Numbered from the stretch's first letter, positions 27,916 to 39,701 are shown. The stretch: DNA of 64,000 bases from Gemmatimonadales bacterium (GCA_046327735.1 JAXLXZ010000007.1:16525-80524); one strand, 5' to 3'. The notes: a model not told the origin generated them from the sequence alone. Made by a program: numbers and translations.

Positions 27916-30533
27916 GCCGCAACCGCTTCGTCTGGAACCTGGCGCTCCGCGAGTCCCGCGCCGCGGGGCGGCGGCTCTTTCTCCTGACCGCCGCCATCTC
28001 CATCGGTGTCGGCGCCCTGGTGGCCATCGAGTCGTTCACCGACAACCTGCGCATCGCCGTCGAGAACCAGTCGCGCGGCCTCCTCGGCGGCGACGTGTCC
28101 CTCGGCACCCGGAGCGAGCCGGCCCCGCCTCTCAAGGCCGCCATCGACTCCGCCATCGCCGCCACCGGCGCCGACCGCGCCCGCGACGTCTCCCAGGTCA
28201 CCAGCTTCAGCGGGATGGCCTACGTCCCCCGCACCGCCGGCGCGCCGCGCATGGTGCAGGTGAACGCCGTCGAGGGAGGCTACCCCTTCTACGGAACCGT
28301 CCAGACCCAGCCGGCGGGTACCTGGCCCAGGCTGCAGCAGGAACGGGTCGCCCTGGTCGATCCCTCGTTCCTCACTGCGATGAGCGCCGAGGTGGGAGAC
28401 ACCATGGCGCTGGGCGAGACGCGCTACCTCATCGCCGGGACCGTCACCGCCTTCCCGGGTGACGCGGGCATCCGCTCCGCCTTCGGCTCCCGGGTCTTCA
28501 TCCCGGCGAACACCCTCCCGGAGACGAAGCTGCTTGGCTTCGGCAGCCGGGTGGAGTACGAGTGGTTCATCCGCACGCCGCGCAACTTCGACACGAAGAA
28601 CTACGCCACTACCTGGCGCGACAAGCTCCGCCCCCTCACCGGCCGGCTCCGCACCGCGGAAGAAGAAGAGCGCGACCTCAAGCGCAACTTCGACCAGCTG
28701 GGCCGCTACCTCGGGCTGGTGGCGCTCATCGCGCTGCTGCTGGGCGGCATCGGGGTCGGCAGCGCGGTGCAGGTGTTCATCCGCCGCAAGCGCGACTCCA
28801 TCGCGGTACTCCGCTGCCTCGGCGCCACCAGCGGGCAGGTCTTTGCCGCCTACCTGCTCCAGGCGGCGGCGATGGGCCTCGCGGGGAGCGGCCTCGGCGT
28901 CGTGCTGGGGCTGGTCATCCAGCTGGCCCTGCCGAAGGTGTTCGGCGCGTTCATGCCGCTCGACGTCGCGGTGACACCGTCCCTCGGCGCGATCCTGACG
29001 GGGCTGGGCGTGGGACTCTGGGTCTCCACGATCTTCGCCCTGCTGCCGCTGCTCGGCATCCGGCAGGTGCCGCCCCTGGCGGTGCTCCGCCGGGACGTGG
29101 AAACGAACCCCGCCGAGAAGAGCGACCGCTGGGCCCTGCTCGCGCGCCTCGGCCTGGGGGTCAGCGTCATCGGGCTGGCCAGCCTCGAGGTGCGAAACCT
29201 CGCCAAGGGCGCCGGCTTCTCGGTCGCGATCGGCATCGCGCTCCTGATCCTGTACCTCGCCGCGCGGGGACTCACCGCCGGGCTCAAGCGCTGGTTCCCG
29301 CACGGGCTCACCTACACCCTGCGGCAGGGACTCTCGAATCTCTACCGCCCCGCCAACCAGACGGTGGCGGTGGTGCTCTCCCTCGGCTTCGGCGCCTTTC
29401 TCCTCGGGGCGCTGGCGGTGAGCCAGCACAACCTGCTCAATCAGCTCAAGCTCGACGGCGGGCTCAACCGCCCCAACCTGCTCTTCTTCGATATCCAGCC
29501 GGACCAGCTCCAGCCGGTCGAGGCAATCATCCGGGAACACAAGCTCGAGGCCCAGGCCCCGGTGCCGATCGTGCCGATGCGACTCTACGCCATCAACGGC
29601 AAGACCGTCTCCGAGCTCCTCGCCGACACGGCGCGGAAGGATCGCGACGGCGAGCGGATCCCGGGCTGGGCCCTGCGTCGGGAGTTCCGCTCGACCTACC
29701 GCGACACGTCGGTGGGGTCGGAGAAGGTGCTGGTGGGGGACTGGTGGAAGAAGGCGGACAGGCGGTCAGGCGGGCAGGCGGGAAGTGACTCCGTGACCGC
29801 TCCCGGCTCTGCTGAAGTCGTTCCGCTTTCTCTGGAAACCGGCATTGCCGGGGACCTCGGCGTCACCGTGCGCGACACGCTCGTGTGGGATGTCCAGGGC
29901 GTCCGCATTGCCAGCGTGATCGTGAACCTGCGCGAGGTGAACTGGGCCAGGTTCGAGCCTAATTTCTTCGCCGTCTTCCCGACCGGCCCGCTCAACGATG
30001 CGCCCCAGAGCTTCGTCCTCCTGACCCGGGCCGATGACCCGGCCCAGATCGGCCAGGTGCAGCGGGCGGCGGTGCAGCGCTACCCCAACGTCACCTCGAT
30101 CGACCTCCGCTCGATCCAGCAGACCATCGAGCGCATCGTCTCCAGCGTGGCGCTCGCGATCCGGTTCATGGCCCTGCTCAGTCTCGCGACCGGGGTGGTG
30201 GTGCTGATCGGCGCCCTGGCCACCAGCCGCTTCCAGCGGATGCGGGAGGCGGCGCTGCTCAAGACCCTCGGCGCCACCCGGAGCCAGGTGGTCCGGATCA
30301 TGGTGACCGAGTACGCCGCCCTCGGCATCCTCGCCTCGGTGGTGGCCACGGGGCTTTCCGCGGTGGGCGGGTGGGCCCTGATGAAGTGGGTCTTCGAGAT
30401 CCCCTTCACCGTGCCGTGGGCCGGCTTCGGGATTCTCGCCCTGACCATGGTGGGGCTGACGATCGCCACCGGGCTCTGGAACAGCCTGGACGTCTTCCGG
30501 CGGCCCCCGCTGGAGACGCTCCGGACCGACTGA
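27912..30533 (+). CDS. FtsX-family ABC transporter permease (YbbP-like, duplicated FtsX domains)
   Basis: 873 aa with two 4-TM FtsX modules. 4-nt overlap with the ATPase gene. Confidence 0.9.
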
Positions 30534-30590
30534 GACCTACCCCCCGGGCGCGCTTCGGATAGCTTTCCTCGACCCTTTCTCCCCCACTTC

Positions 30591-31496
30591 ATGCTTCCCA
30601 TCGATCTGACAGGCAAGCGAGCGTTCATCGCGGGTGTCGCCGACGACGGCGGCTTCGGCTTCGCCATCGCCAAGGCCATGGCCCAGGCGGGCGCCACCGT
30701 GTGCGTGGGCACCTGGCCCCCGGCCATGAACATCTTCCAGAACCTGCTGGAGCGGGGGAAGATGGATGCCTCGCTGGCGCTCGCCGGCGGCGGGAAGATG
30801 AGCTTCGAGAAGATCTATCCCCTCGACGCCGCCTTCGACACGATGGCGGAGGTCCCCGCCGACATCCTGGAGAACAAGCGCTACAAGGAGCGGGGGGACT
30901 TCACCATCGAGGGCGTGGTCAAGTCGATGGTGGCGGACTTCGGGGACAAGCCGCTCGACATCGTGGTGCACAGCCTCGCCAACGGCCCCGAGGTGAAGAA
31001 GCCGCTCATGGAGACCAGCCGCGCCGGCTACCTCGCCGCGGTGAGCGTGAGCGCGTACAGCCTCACCTCGATGGTCCGGAGTTTCGGGCCGCTGATGCGG
31101 CCCGGGGGGTCGTTCTGCTCGCTCACGTTCATGGCAGGCGAGCGGGTGGTCCCGGGCTACGGCGGCGGGATGTCGAGCGCCAAGGCCGCCCTCGAGGCCG
31201 ACACCCGCACCCTCGCCTACGAAGCCGGCCGCCGCTACGGCGTGCGGGTGAACACCATCTCCGCCGGCCCCTGGGCCTCGCGGGCCGCGAGCGCCATCGG
31301 GTTCATCGACACCATGGTCCGCTATTCCCGCGCGAACTCCCCGCTCCCCAAGGACCTCGAGGCCACCGAGGTGGGCAGCACCGCCGCCTTCCTGGCCTCT
31401 CCCCTCGCCTCCGCCATCACCGGCAGCACGGTGTACGTCGACAACGGCTACCACGCGATGGGCATCGCGGTCGATCCCACCGCCCTCGGGGGCTAG
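30591..31496 (+). CDS. fabI: Enoyl-[acyl-carrier-protein] reductase, FabI (plant/chlamydia-like long form)
   Basis: [21 protein letters not shown] glycine-rich NAD motif. [13 protein letters not shown] (Y-x6-K). Confidence 0.85.
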   Translation: MLPIDLTGKRAFIAGVADDGGFGFAIAKAMAQAGATVCVGTWPPAMNIFQNLLERGKMDASLALAGGGKMSFEKIYPLDAAFDTMAEVPADILENKRYKERGDFTIEGVVKSMVADFGDKPLDIVVHSLANGPEVKKPLMETSRAGYLAAVSVSAYSLTSMVRSFGPLMRPGGSFCSLTFMAGERVVPGYGGGMSSAKAALEADTRTLAYEAGRRYGVRVNTISAGPWASRAASAIGFIDTMVRYSRANSPLPKDLEATEVGSTAAFLASPLASAITGSTVYVDNGYHAMGIAVDPTALGG

Positions 31497-31575
31497 CGGC
31501 ACCCCGCCTCGCGGGGAGCGGAACCGGCGGTATCTTACGCCCAGACCCCGTTCCGCTCCCCCACGAGGCACCGGC

Positions 31576-32130
31576 ATGCGTTCGCGACTGCTGCTCCTGC
31601 TCCTCGCCCTTCCCTCGATTGCCCTGGCCCAGCAGGCCCCGCCGATCCGGGTGGCCTTCCCGATGCCGCCGGAGTACCGCGAGATCCAGGTCCGGGCCCA
31701 GGAGACCCAGCGGAACCTGCTCCTCTCGATGGTCGACTCGATGCCGGAGCGGGCCTACCGCATCCCCGCCGCCGCCGGACAGCGCGACTTCGCCGAGCAG
31801 ATTCACCACGCCGCCAACGCCGACCTCTACATCGTCTCGCACTACATCCTTGGCTGGGACAGCCTCCCCTTCAAGGCCGACACCGCGCAGGTCCTCAACT
31901 CCCGCGACGGGCTGCGCCGCTTCGTCGACCAGGCCTACGGCTTTTCCCTCCGGGTCCTGAAGGAGGAGACCGCCGACGACCGGCAGGTCACCATCTGGTA
32001 CTTCGGGCAAAAGATGCCCAAGTGGATGGTGTGGGACGAGCTCAACCAGCACACCATCTGGACCGCCGGCCAGATCGTCGCCAACTTCCGCGCCCAGGGG
32101 ATGGCTCCGCCGCCGTTCCTCTACTTCTGA
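31576..32130 (+). CDS. Secreted DinB-superfamily-like protein
   Basis: Signal peptide MRSRLLLLLLALPSIALAQQ. A four-helix DinB-like His pattern (FAEQIHHAA..., ELNQHTIWTAGQ). Weak assignment. Confidence 0.55.
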   Translation: MRSRLLLLLLALPSIALAQQAPPIRVAFPMPPEYREIQVRAQETQRNLLLSMVDSMPERAYRIPAAAGQRDFAEQIHHAANADLYIVSHYILGWDSLPFKADTAQVLNSRDGLRRFVDQAYGFSLRVLKEETADDRQVTIWYFGQKMPKWMVWDELNQHTIWTAGQIVANFRAQGMAPPPFLYF

Positions 32131-32139
32131 CCGCCAGCC

Positions 32140-32514
32140 ATGCCGCTCTCCCGGTACTTCACCTCGATCGCCGCGATGTCCGCGTTCCTGAGCGTCGCCG
32201 CGGGCGCCTTCGGCGCCCATGCCCTGCGCGCCCGGCTCGAGCCTGACCTCCTCGCGGTCTTCGAGACCGGCGCCCGCTACCAGATGTACCACGCCCTGGC
32301 GCTCTTCGTCTGCGCCTGGCAGCTCACCCAGGGAGGCTCACCCTGGGCCGCGCGGGCCGGGTGGGCGTTCATCGCCGGCACCCTGCTCTTCTCCGGCAGC
32401 CTCTACGCCCTCGCCCTCACCGGCACCCGCGGCCTCGGCGCCATCACCCCGTTCGGCGGGGTGTGCTTCCTGGCCGGCTGGATCATGCTCGCCGTCGCCG
32501 GCCGGCCCCGCTGA
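32140..32514 (+). CDS. DUF423 (YgdD-like) membrane protein
   Basis: LSVAAGAFGAHAL...YQMYHALAL, four TM helices. Confidence 0.8.
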   Translation: MPLSRYFTSIAAMSAFLSVAAGAFGAHALRARLEPDLLAVFETGARYQMYHALALFVCAWQLTQGGSPWAARAGWAFIAGTLLFSGSLYALALTGTRGLGAITPFGGVCFLAGWIMLAVAGRPR

Positions 32515-32516
32515 GC

Positions 32517-33152
32517 ATGGATCCCGTCGCCCTGGCCTATCGCGAGACGCTCGGGCGGCTCGATCGCTGGTTCGACGAGGCGGTGGCGCGGAACCCCGGG
32601 GTCATCCCCTGCCGCGCGGGCTGCTCCGCCTGCTGTCACGGCCCCTTCGACATCTCCGCCGCCGACGCCCTCCTGCTTCGCGAAGCCCTCGCCGAGCTGC
32701 CGCCGGCGGACCGGGCCGACATCCGGGCCCGCGCCGTCGAGACGCTCGAGCAGGTGAAGGAACAGGCCCCGGAGTGGCGGGCGCCGTGGGACATCGCCGA
32801 CCTGGGGGAGGAGCGGTTCGACGGCATCTCCGAGTCGCTGTACGATGTCCCCTGCCCCTGCCTCGACGGCGAGGGACGCTGCCGGGTCTACGCCTCCCGG
32901 CCGCTGGTCTGCCGCCTGATCGGGCTGCCGATGATGACCGCCGAGGGGGAGCTGCTGGAGAACGCCTGCCCGATCCAGGAGGACTTCCCCGACTACGCCC
33001 TGCTCGACCCGCAGCTCTTCGACCTGGGGGCACTGGAGCAGCGGGAGAGCGGCCACAAGGAGGCGGCGGCGGAGAAGCTGTTCGGCGGGTGGAACCGGGC
33101 GGGATTCGAGACGATCATCGCGGCGGTGGCTTCAGAGGCGGAAAGGCGGTAA
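32517..33152 (+). CDS. YkgJ-family cysteine-cluster protein (UPF0153)
   Basis: CRAGCSACCHGPF and later CPCLDGEGRCRVYASRPLVCR. Confidence 0.75.
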   Translation: MDPVALAYRETLGRLDRWFDEAVARNPGVIPCRAGCSACCHGPFDISAADALLLREALAELPPADRADIRARAVETLEQVKEQAPEWRAPWDIADLGEERFDGISESLYDVPCPCLDGEGRCRVYASRPLVCRLIGLPMMTAEGELLENACPIQEDFPDYALLDPQLFDLGALEQRESGHKEAAAEKLFGGWNRAGFETIIAAVASEAERR

Positions 33153-33247
33153 GGCGGTCGGGCGGTCAGTGAAAACTCGAAAGGGTGAGCTTCTCTCGGA
33201 GCTCACCCTTTCAACGTTGCGGCTGTCCGCCCGACCGCCTGACCGCC
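33145..33247. repeat. Nested hairpin: inverted GGCGGTN heptamer arrays around a perfect 12-bp hairpin
   Basis: GGCGGTAAGGCGGTCGGGCGGTCAG (33145-33169) pairs with CTGTCCGCCCGACCGCCTGACCGCC (33223-33247). Inner AAAGGGTGAGCT (33180-33191) pairs with AGCTCACCCTTT (33200-33211). Confidence 0.85.
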
Positions 33248-33622
33248 CTATTTGAGCGGATTCGCCGTCGGCGCGTGGAAGTACTGGTAGGCGAAGATGA
33301 TCATCAGCCCGGTCACGATCACCGCCGCCAGCAGCAGCGAGAACCCGAAGATGCTCTGGAGCAGGCGGCCGTCGGTCTTCAGGTGCATGTAGAACATCGC
33401 CACCAGGAAGAACTTGATGGCCGACAGGCCGAGCAGCACCTCCACCACGATCGGCTCGAGCATCGTGGCGAGGGCGGCGGGCTGGTGCTTCTCCACCACG
33501 TCGTAGGCCGCCACCTCGAGGAACGTCAGGATGAAGAGGGTGACGGCGATCTTGGTATAGGTCTGCCAGGTCGGGTGCGCGTGCCCGTGGTCGGCAGTGG
33601 TCGCGTGCGCGGTAGCGTGCAT
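33248..33622 (-). CDS. Cytochrome c oxidase subunit IV (prokaryotic caa3-type small subunit)
   Basis: Three TM helices and an His-rich N-terminus. Lies directly downstream of subunit III. Confidence 0.7.
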   Translation of the reverse strand: MHATAHATTADHGHAHPTWQTYTKIAVTLFILTFLEVAAYDVVEKHQPAALATMLEPIVVEVLLGLSAIKFFLVAMFYMHLKTDGRLLQSIFGFSLLLAAVIVTGLMIIFAYQYFHAPTANPLK

Positions 33623-33632
33623 GTTCGCCGGC

Positions 33633-34268
33633 TCAGCGGATGAGGTAGACGACGGGGAAGATCACGATCCAGACCACGTCCACGAAGTGCCAGTAGAGCG
33701 CGGCCATCTCCAGGTTGAGGGCCTTCTCCGGCGGCAGCTTGCCGCGGAGCGCCACCACCAGGACCGAGATCAGCCAGACCAGGCCCAGCGTCACGTGGGT
33801 GCCGTGGAAGCCGGTCAGGGTGAAGAAGGTGCTGGAGAAGAGGTTGGTGGTGTACCCCATCCCCCGGTGCACGAAGTGGGTGAACTCGAACACCTGCATC
33901 CCCACGAAGAAGATGCCGCAGAAGATCGTGGCGACGAGCCAGCCGATCAGCTGCTTGCGATTCCCCTTCTGGGCCCCGTTCAGCGCCAGCACCACGAAGA
34001 AGGAGCTGAAGAGGAGCAGCGCGGTGCCGAAGGTCACCAGCGGAATCTCCAGCATCTGCTCCTGCGGCGCGCCGTTGAGCAGCCACTCGGCGTGCGGCTT
34101 CGGCCCCACGATGTCCCGGCCCTTGTAGACCAGGTAGGTGCCGATGAGCGAGGCGAAGAACATGCATTCGGACCCGATGAAGGTCCAAATGGCGAGCTTC
34201 CGGTTGTCGATCCCCGTCGCCGTGTAGTGATGATCGTCGGCGTGGGCAGCGTGTGCGTGGTCGGCCAA
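33633..34268 (-). CDS. ctaE: Cytochrome c oxidase subunit III
   Basis: KLAIWTFIGSECMFFASLI...FHGTHVTLG...YWHFVDVVWI. The ORF-track start (34340) lies inside a repeat element. An in-frame TTG at 34268 (LADHAHAAH...) is more plausible. Confidence 0.85.
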   Translation of the reverse strand: MADHAHAAHADDHHYTATGIDNRKLAIWTFIGSECMFFASLIGTYLVYKGRDIVGPKPHAEWLLNGAPQEQMLEIPLVTFGTALLLFSSFFVVLALNGAQKGNRKQLIGWLVATIFCGIFFVGMQVFEFTHFVHRGMGYTTNLFSSTFFTLTGFHGTHVTLGLVWLISVLVVALRGKLPPEKALNLEMAALYWHFVDVVWIVIFPVVYLIR

Positions 34269-34301
34269 GGGTCGGGCTCGAATGTTAGGGGCCGGGCTGG
34301 T

Positions 34302-34419
34302 GGCCGTTAGCCATAAGCCGCAAGCCGTAAGGAATTGCACTCAGTTTGAGCTTCGTCTCAACTCACCCTCTTCATACCGCTCACCGCACGGCCAATGGCT
34401 TACGGCTTACGGCTTACGG

Positions 34420-34426
<7 letters not shown>
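34302..34426. repeat. Inverted arrays of GCCGTAA heptamers between ctaD and ctaE
   Basis: GCCGTTAGCCATAAGCCGCAAGCCGTAAGG (34303-34332) faces (GGCTTAC)x3 plus flanks (34392-34426). The inner small hairpin is TTGAG-N6-CTCAA. Confidence 0.85.
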
Positions 34427-36243
<1,817 letters not shown>

Positions 36244-36268
36244 GAGTCTCGGGTTCCCGGTTGGAGCG

Positions 36269-37315
36269 TTACTTGTTGGCGCGCAGGTAGGCCACCACCG
36301 AGGCGACTTCCTCGTCGGTGAGCGGCGGCACGATCATCAGCACGCCCTGCTTCCAGGCCTGCGGATTCTTGATCCACTTGGCCAGGTTCTCGTCGGTATT
36401 CTTGAGGGTGCCGGCGGCGATGTAGCTCCGCGACCCCACGTGGTGCAGGTTCGGGCCGGTGAGCGGCAGCGCGGGCACCATCGAGTGACAGCCGGCACAG
36501 GCGCCCTTCCCCTTGAAGATCGCCTCGCCCGCCCTGGCCTGGGCGTTGGCCGCGCTGCTGTCGTTGGCGAAGGTGGGCGGTGCGTTGTTGAAGCTGGCGG
36601 CCCAGGCGTTGAACTCGGTCGAGTCCATCGACACGACCCGGTACGCCATCTTGCCGTGCTGGATCCCGCAGAACTCCACACACTGCGCCGGGAAGTTCCC
36701 CGTCACTTCGGCCTTGAACCAGAGGTTGTTGAACCGGTTGGGGAAGACGTCGCGCTTGCCGGCGAAGGCGGGGAGCCAGAAGGAGTGCAGCACGTCCTTG
36801 GTGGTCATCTCCAGGCTCACCGTGCGGCCCATCGGGATGCGGAGCTCGCCGGCGGTGGTGATGCCCAGCTGGGGATACTTGAACTCCCACCACCACTGGT
36901 GCCCGATCACCTCGACCTGGAGCGCGTCGGCGCCCGGCTTGACCGAGGTCTTGAAGATGGTGCGGACCGTCGGCACCGCGATCATCGCGAGGATGAACGC
37001 AGGGATGATGGTCCACACGATCTCGAGCGTGGTGTTGCCGTGGGTCTGCACCGGCTCCGCCGCGCCCGGGCGGTTGCGGAACTTCCACATCGCGAGGAGG
37101 AGCGCCCCCTCGACCAGCACGAACACCACCGTCGCGGCGATCAGCGTGAGCCGGAAGATGTGATCCGACTCGCGGGCGAAGTCAGCGCGAGGGTCCAGCG
37201 TCGTCTGGGGGTACTGAGCCGGCGAACAGGCGAGCAGCAACAGCGGGAGGAGGGCGAAAAGACAGGCCGGGACGTGGCGAAACAGCCGCCGGCGAGACGC
37301 CGTCTGGTCGGGCAT
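36269..37315 (-). CDS. ctaC: Cytochrome c oxidase subunit II with C-terminal cytochrome c domain (caa3-type)
   Basis: CuA site HSFWLP...CVEFCGIQHGKM. C-terminal heme motif CAGCHSM. Confidence 0.9.
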   Translation of the reverse strand: MPDQTASRRRLFRHVPACLFALLPLLLLACSPAQYPQTTLDPRADFARESDHIFRLTLIAATVVFVLVEGALLLAMWKFRNRPGAAEPVQTHGNTTLEIVWTIIPAFILAMIAVPTVRTIFKTSVKPGADALQVEVIGHQWWWEFKYPQLGITTAGELRIPMGRTVSLEMTTKDVLHSFWLPAFAGKRDVFPNRFNNLWFKAEVTGNFPAQCVEFCGIQHGKMAYRVVSMDSTEFNAWAASFNNAPPTFANDSSAANAQARAGEAIFKGKGACAGCHSMVPALPLTGPNLHHVGSRSYIAAGTLKNTDENLAKWIKNPQAWKQGVLMIVPPLTDEEVASVVAYLRANK

Positions 37316-37527
37316 CAGGGCGAAATCCTGTCAGCGGGAATACACGCGGGGTATCGACAGCCGCGCGGACGATACGTATTCATGGAGCGCCAGTCAAGGA
37401 AAAACTCAGGCGAGTCTCATAAATTTAGGATCGTCAAACCCCATCGCAAGCTGAGTACTTGCAGTGCACCTATCGCTCGATAGATCATGCATATAGCCGA
37501 AATCCCGGCTCTCATTTACGCAATCGC

Positions 37528-38073
37528 ATGTCAACAGCGATTGACAGCCCCTCCGCGGCACTCGCCCCTCTACACTCTGAACTCTGGACAAACATGACGC
37601 CCGCCGAGCGCAGCGCTTTCATCGATCGGTACGCCAACGGCCCGACACTTCTTGAAGCGGCCTTCACAAAATTCCCCGTCGAGGCCCGCCAATGGCGCCC
37701 CGCCCCGGGAAAGTGGAGCGCTCACGAGATCATCGTGCACTGTGCCGACAGCGAAGCCAATGCCCACATGCGGATCCGTTTCCTCGTGACCGAGAAGGAA
37801 CCGCTCATCGTGGGGTACGACCAGGATGCCTGGGCCACCGACCAGGACTACCACGCCCACCCGCTCGACCTCGCCTTCGCCACCATCCGGGCGGTCCGTG
37901 CCAACACCGTCCCACTCCTGCGCCGCCTGACGGAGACCCAGTGGGCCAAGGTCGGCCGGCACACCGAGAGCGGGACCTACGGGGCGGAGAAGTGGCTGGC
38001 GACCTACGCCGAGCACCTCGAAGTGCACGTCCGACAACTGGCGCGAGTGCTGGGGGCGTGGGAGAAGCGGTGA
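37528..38073 (+). CDS. DinB-family protein
   Basis: WSAHEIIVHCADSE...YAEHLEVHVRQL, a DinB metal-binding His triad pattern. Confidence 0.8.
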   Translation: MSTAIDSPSAALAPLHSELWTNMTPAERSAFIDRYANGPTLLEAAFTKFPVEARQWRPAPGKWSAHEIIVHCADSEANAHMRIRFLVTEKEPLIVGYDQDAWATDQDYHAHPLDLAFATIRAVRANTVPLLRRLTETQWAKVGRHTESGTYGAEKWLATYAEHLEVHVRQLARVLGAWEKR

Positions 38074-38276
38074 GCGGTGAGCGGTGAACGGTGAGCGGTG
38101 AGCGGTGAGCGGTGAGCGGTGAGCGGTGAGCGGTGAGCGGACCGAAGGTACCGTCCACCGGTGTCATCCCGAGGAGCGTCAGCGACGAGGGATCTACTTG
38201 CCTCGACTAGATCCCTCGCTTCGCTCGGGATGACAGCCGTATCGCAGGTCCCGCTCACCGCTTACCGCTCACCGCC
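38067..38276. repeat. Composite palindromic element: (GCGGTGA)x10 - REP family A hairpin - (TCACCGC)x3.5
   Basis: Heptamer array 38067-38140. REP left arm 38162-38195, loop 38196-38208, right arm 38209-38235. Inverted heptamers 38251-38276. Confidence 0.9.
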
Positions 38277-38287
38277 CACGTAGTTTG

Positions 38288-38950
38288 TTACTTCACCACC
38301 ATGTCGAACGCCACCGGCTCCCCCGGCACCTCGAAGGAGTAGTGCCACCACTCCTGGTCGTACTGCTTGAACCCCTCCTTCTCCATCGCGGTCCGAAGCA
38401 GCTGCCGGTAGCGCATCGTGCGCCCGGTCGCATTGGCCCAGTGCGCCGATTCGGCGAAGGTGTCGTACGGCGTGCCCATGTCGACCTCGCGTCCGCCCAT
38501 GCTCCAGTCCACCAGCGTCAGGTCGACCGCGAGCCCCAGGTTGTGTCGGCTGTGGCTCGCGATGTACCCGTCCTGGATGAAGTGCATCTGGTCGGTGCGC
38601 CGGGCCCACTCCACCATGCCGAGGGTCGCGCGCACCGGGCGGTAGCCGTCGAAGACCTTGAGCCCCATCCCCCCGCTCCGCAGCCGCTTCTGTACCCGCG
38701 CCAGTGCCTCGGCCGCTTCCTTCCGGAGAAAGGCCCGGTTGGCGAGATAGCCCGGAAGGGGAGCGCCAGTGAAGTTGTTGGCGGTGGCGTACCGCACCTC
38801 CACCAGGATGGTGCTGTCCTTCGCCCGCACGTCGGCGAGGAACTCGTGGGCCAGCGAGTCGCTCGCGACCCGCGGGCCGTCATCGGTAGCCTGTGCCAGC
38901 GCCGGGTGCGCAGCGAGGCTGAGCGTGAGAAGCAGGACGGGAATTCTCAT
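38288..38950 (-). CDS. D-alanyl-D-alanine dipeptidase (VanX/DdpX, peptidase M15D), secreted
   Basis: Signal peptide. VEVRYATANNFTG, DGYRP, SRHNLGLAVDLTL and EWWHY motifs. Confidence 0.85.
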   Translation of the reverse strand: MRIPVLLLTLSLAAHPALAQATDDGPRVASDSLAHEFLADVRAKDSTILVEVRYATANNFTGAPLPGYLANRAFLRKEAAEALARVQKRLRSGGMGLKVFDGYRPVRATLGMVEWARRTDQMHFIQDGYIASHSRHNLGLAVDLTLVDWSMGGREVDMGTPYDTFAESAHWANATGRTMRYRQLLRTAMEKEGFKQYDQEWWHYSFEVPGEPVAFDMVVK

Positions 38951-38978
38951 CAGGAATGGGCTCGGGTACTGGGCTGGG

Positions 38979-39070
38979 CAGAATCAGGATTGGCGGATGA
39001 TTGATGGATTTGGGGATTACAACGACATTGGACAGCAATCCTGCTAATCCATCAGAATCCCCGAATCCTG
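38979..39070. repeat. Family B heptamer hairpin (CAGGATT/GGGGATT/GATGGAT)
   Basis: Left arm 38979-39018 and right arm 39037-39070 are imperfectly complementary and share heptamers with 20642-20781 and 48932-49016. Confidence 0.7.
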
Positions 39071-39086
39071 TTCCCCCTGAAGCCGG

Positions 39087-39163
39087 TTGAAAATATGTAA
39101 GCCGTTGTAAGAAAACGATTTCAGGCCGTATCTATGGCCCGGGACTGGAATCGACGCTATAAT
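39087..39163 (+). promoter_or_regulatory. AT-rich promoter-like region upstream of greA
   Basis: TTGAAA (39087-39092), TTGTAA (39105-39110), and a perfect TATAAT (39158-39163). Which hexamers pair is unresolved. Confidence 0.35.
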
Positions 39164-39186
39164 ATGAAAGGTGTAAGCTATCGGCG

Positions 39187-39222
39187 CCCCGGGCAGACAG
39201 CGGCCCGGGCCGTTCCTTTTTT
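39187..39222 (+). terminator. Terminator-like hairpin plus T6 in the greA leader (possible attenuator)
   Basis: CCCGGGC (39188-39194) pairs with GCCCGGG (39203-39209). T6 at 39217-39222, 12 nt before the greA ATG. Confidence 0.4.
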
Positions 39223-39233
39223 GTGAGCCATAC

Positions 39234-39692
39234 ATGCTGAGCGAAATGCGGGCAAAGCTGGGCAAGGAAATCGAACAGCTCAGCCACGAACTCAATGTGG
39301 TCATCCCCCAGGCCATTGCCCAGGCGGTGGAGCTGGGCGACCTGCGTGAGAATTCCGAATACAAGGCGGCGCTCGAGCGGCAGCAGTTCGTCCAGGCCCG
39401 GCTGGGCCAGCTGCACCAGCGGCTCGCCCAGGTGAGCCAGCTCTCGACCACCGATACCCCCGCCGACCAGGTGGGGCTCGGCTCCAGCGTGACCGTGATC
39501 GACCTCGCCACCAACGAGCGGGAGACCTTCCAGCTGGTGCTGGCCGAGATGATGGATATCGAGGCAGGGCATATTTCCCTGGCCAGCCCGCTTGGCCGCG
39601 CCCTCAAGGGACGCAAGGTGGGCGACGACGTGGAGCTCAAGCTCCCCCGCGGCACCCGTGCCCTGAAGGTCGTCGAAATCCAGCAGGCTTAG
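39234..39692 (+). CDS. greA: Transcription elongation factor GreA
   Basis: GDLRENSEYKAALERQ coiled-coil tip, and C-terminal domain ISLASPLGRALKGRKVGD. Confidence 0.9.
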   Translation: MLSEMRAKLGKEIEQLSHELNVVIPQAIAQAVELGDLRENSEYKAALERQQFVQARLGQLHQRLAQVSQLSTTDTPADQVGLGSSVTVIDLATNERETFQLVLAEMMDIEAGHISLASPLGRALKGRKVGDDVELKLPRGTRALKVVEIQQA

Positions 39693-39701
39693 TTTCCAGT
39701 C

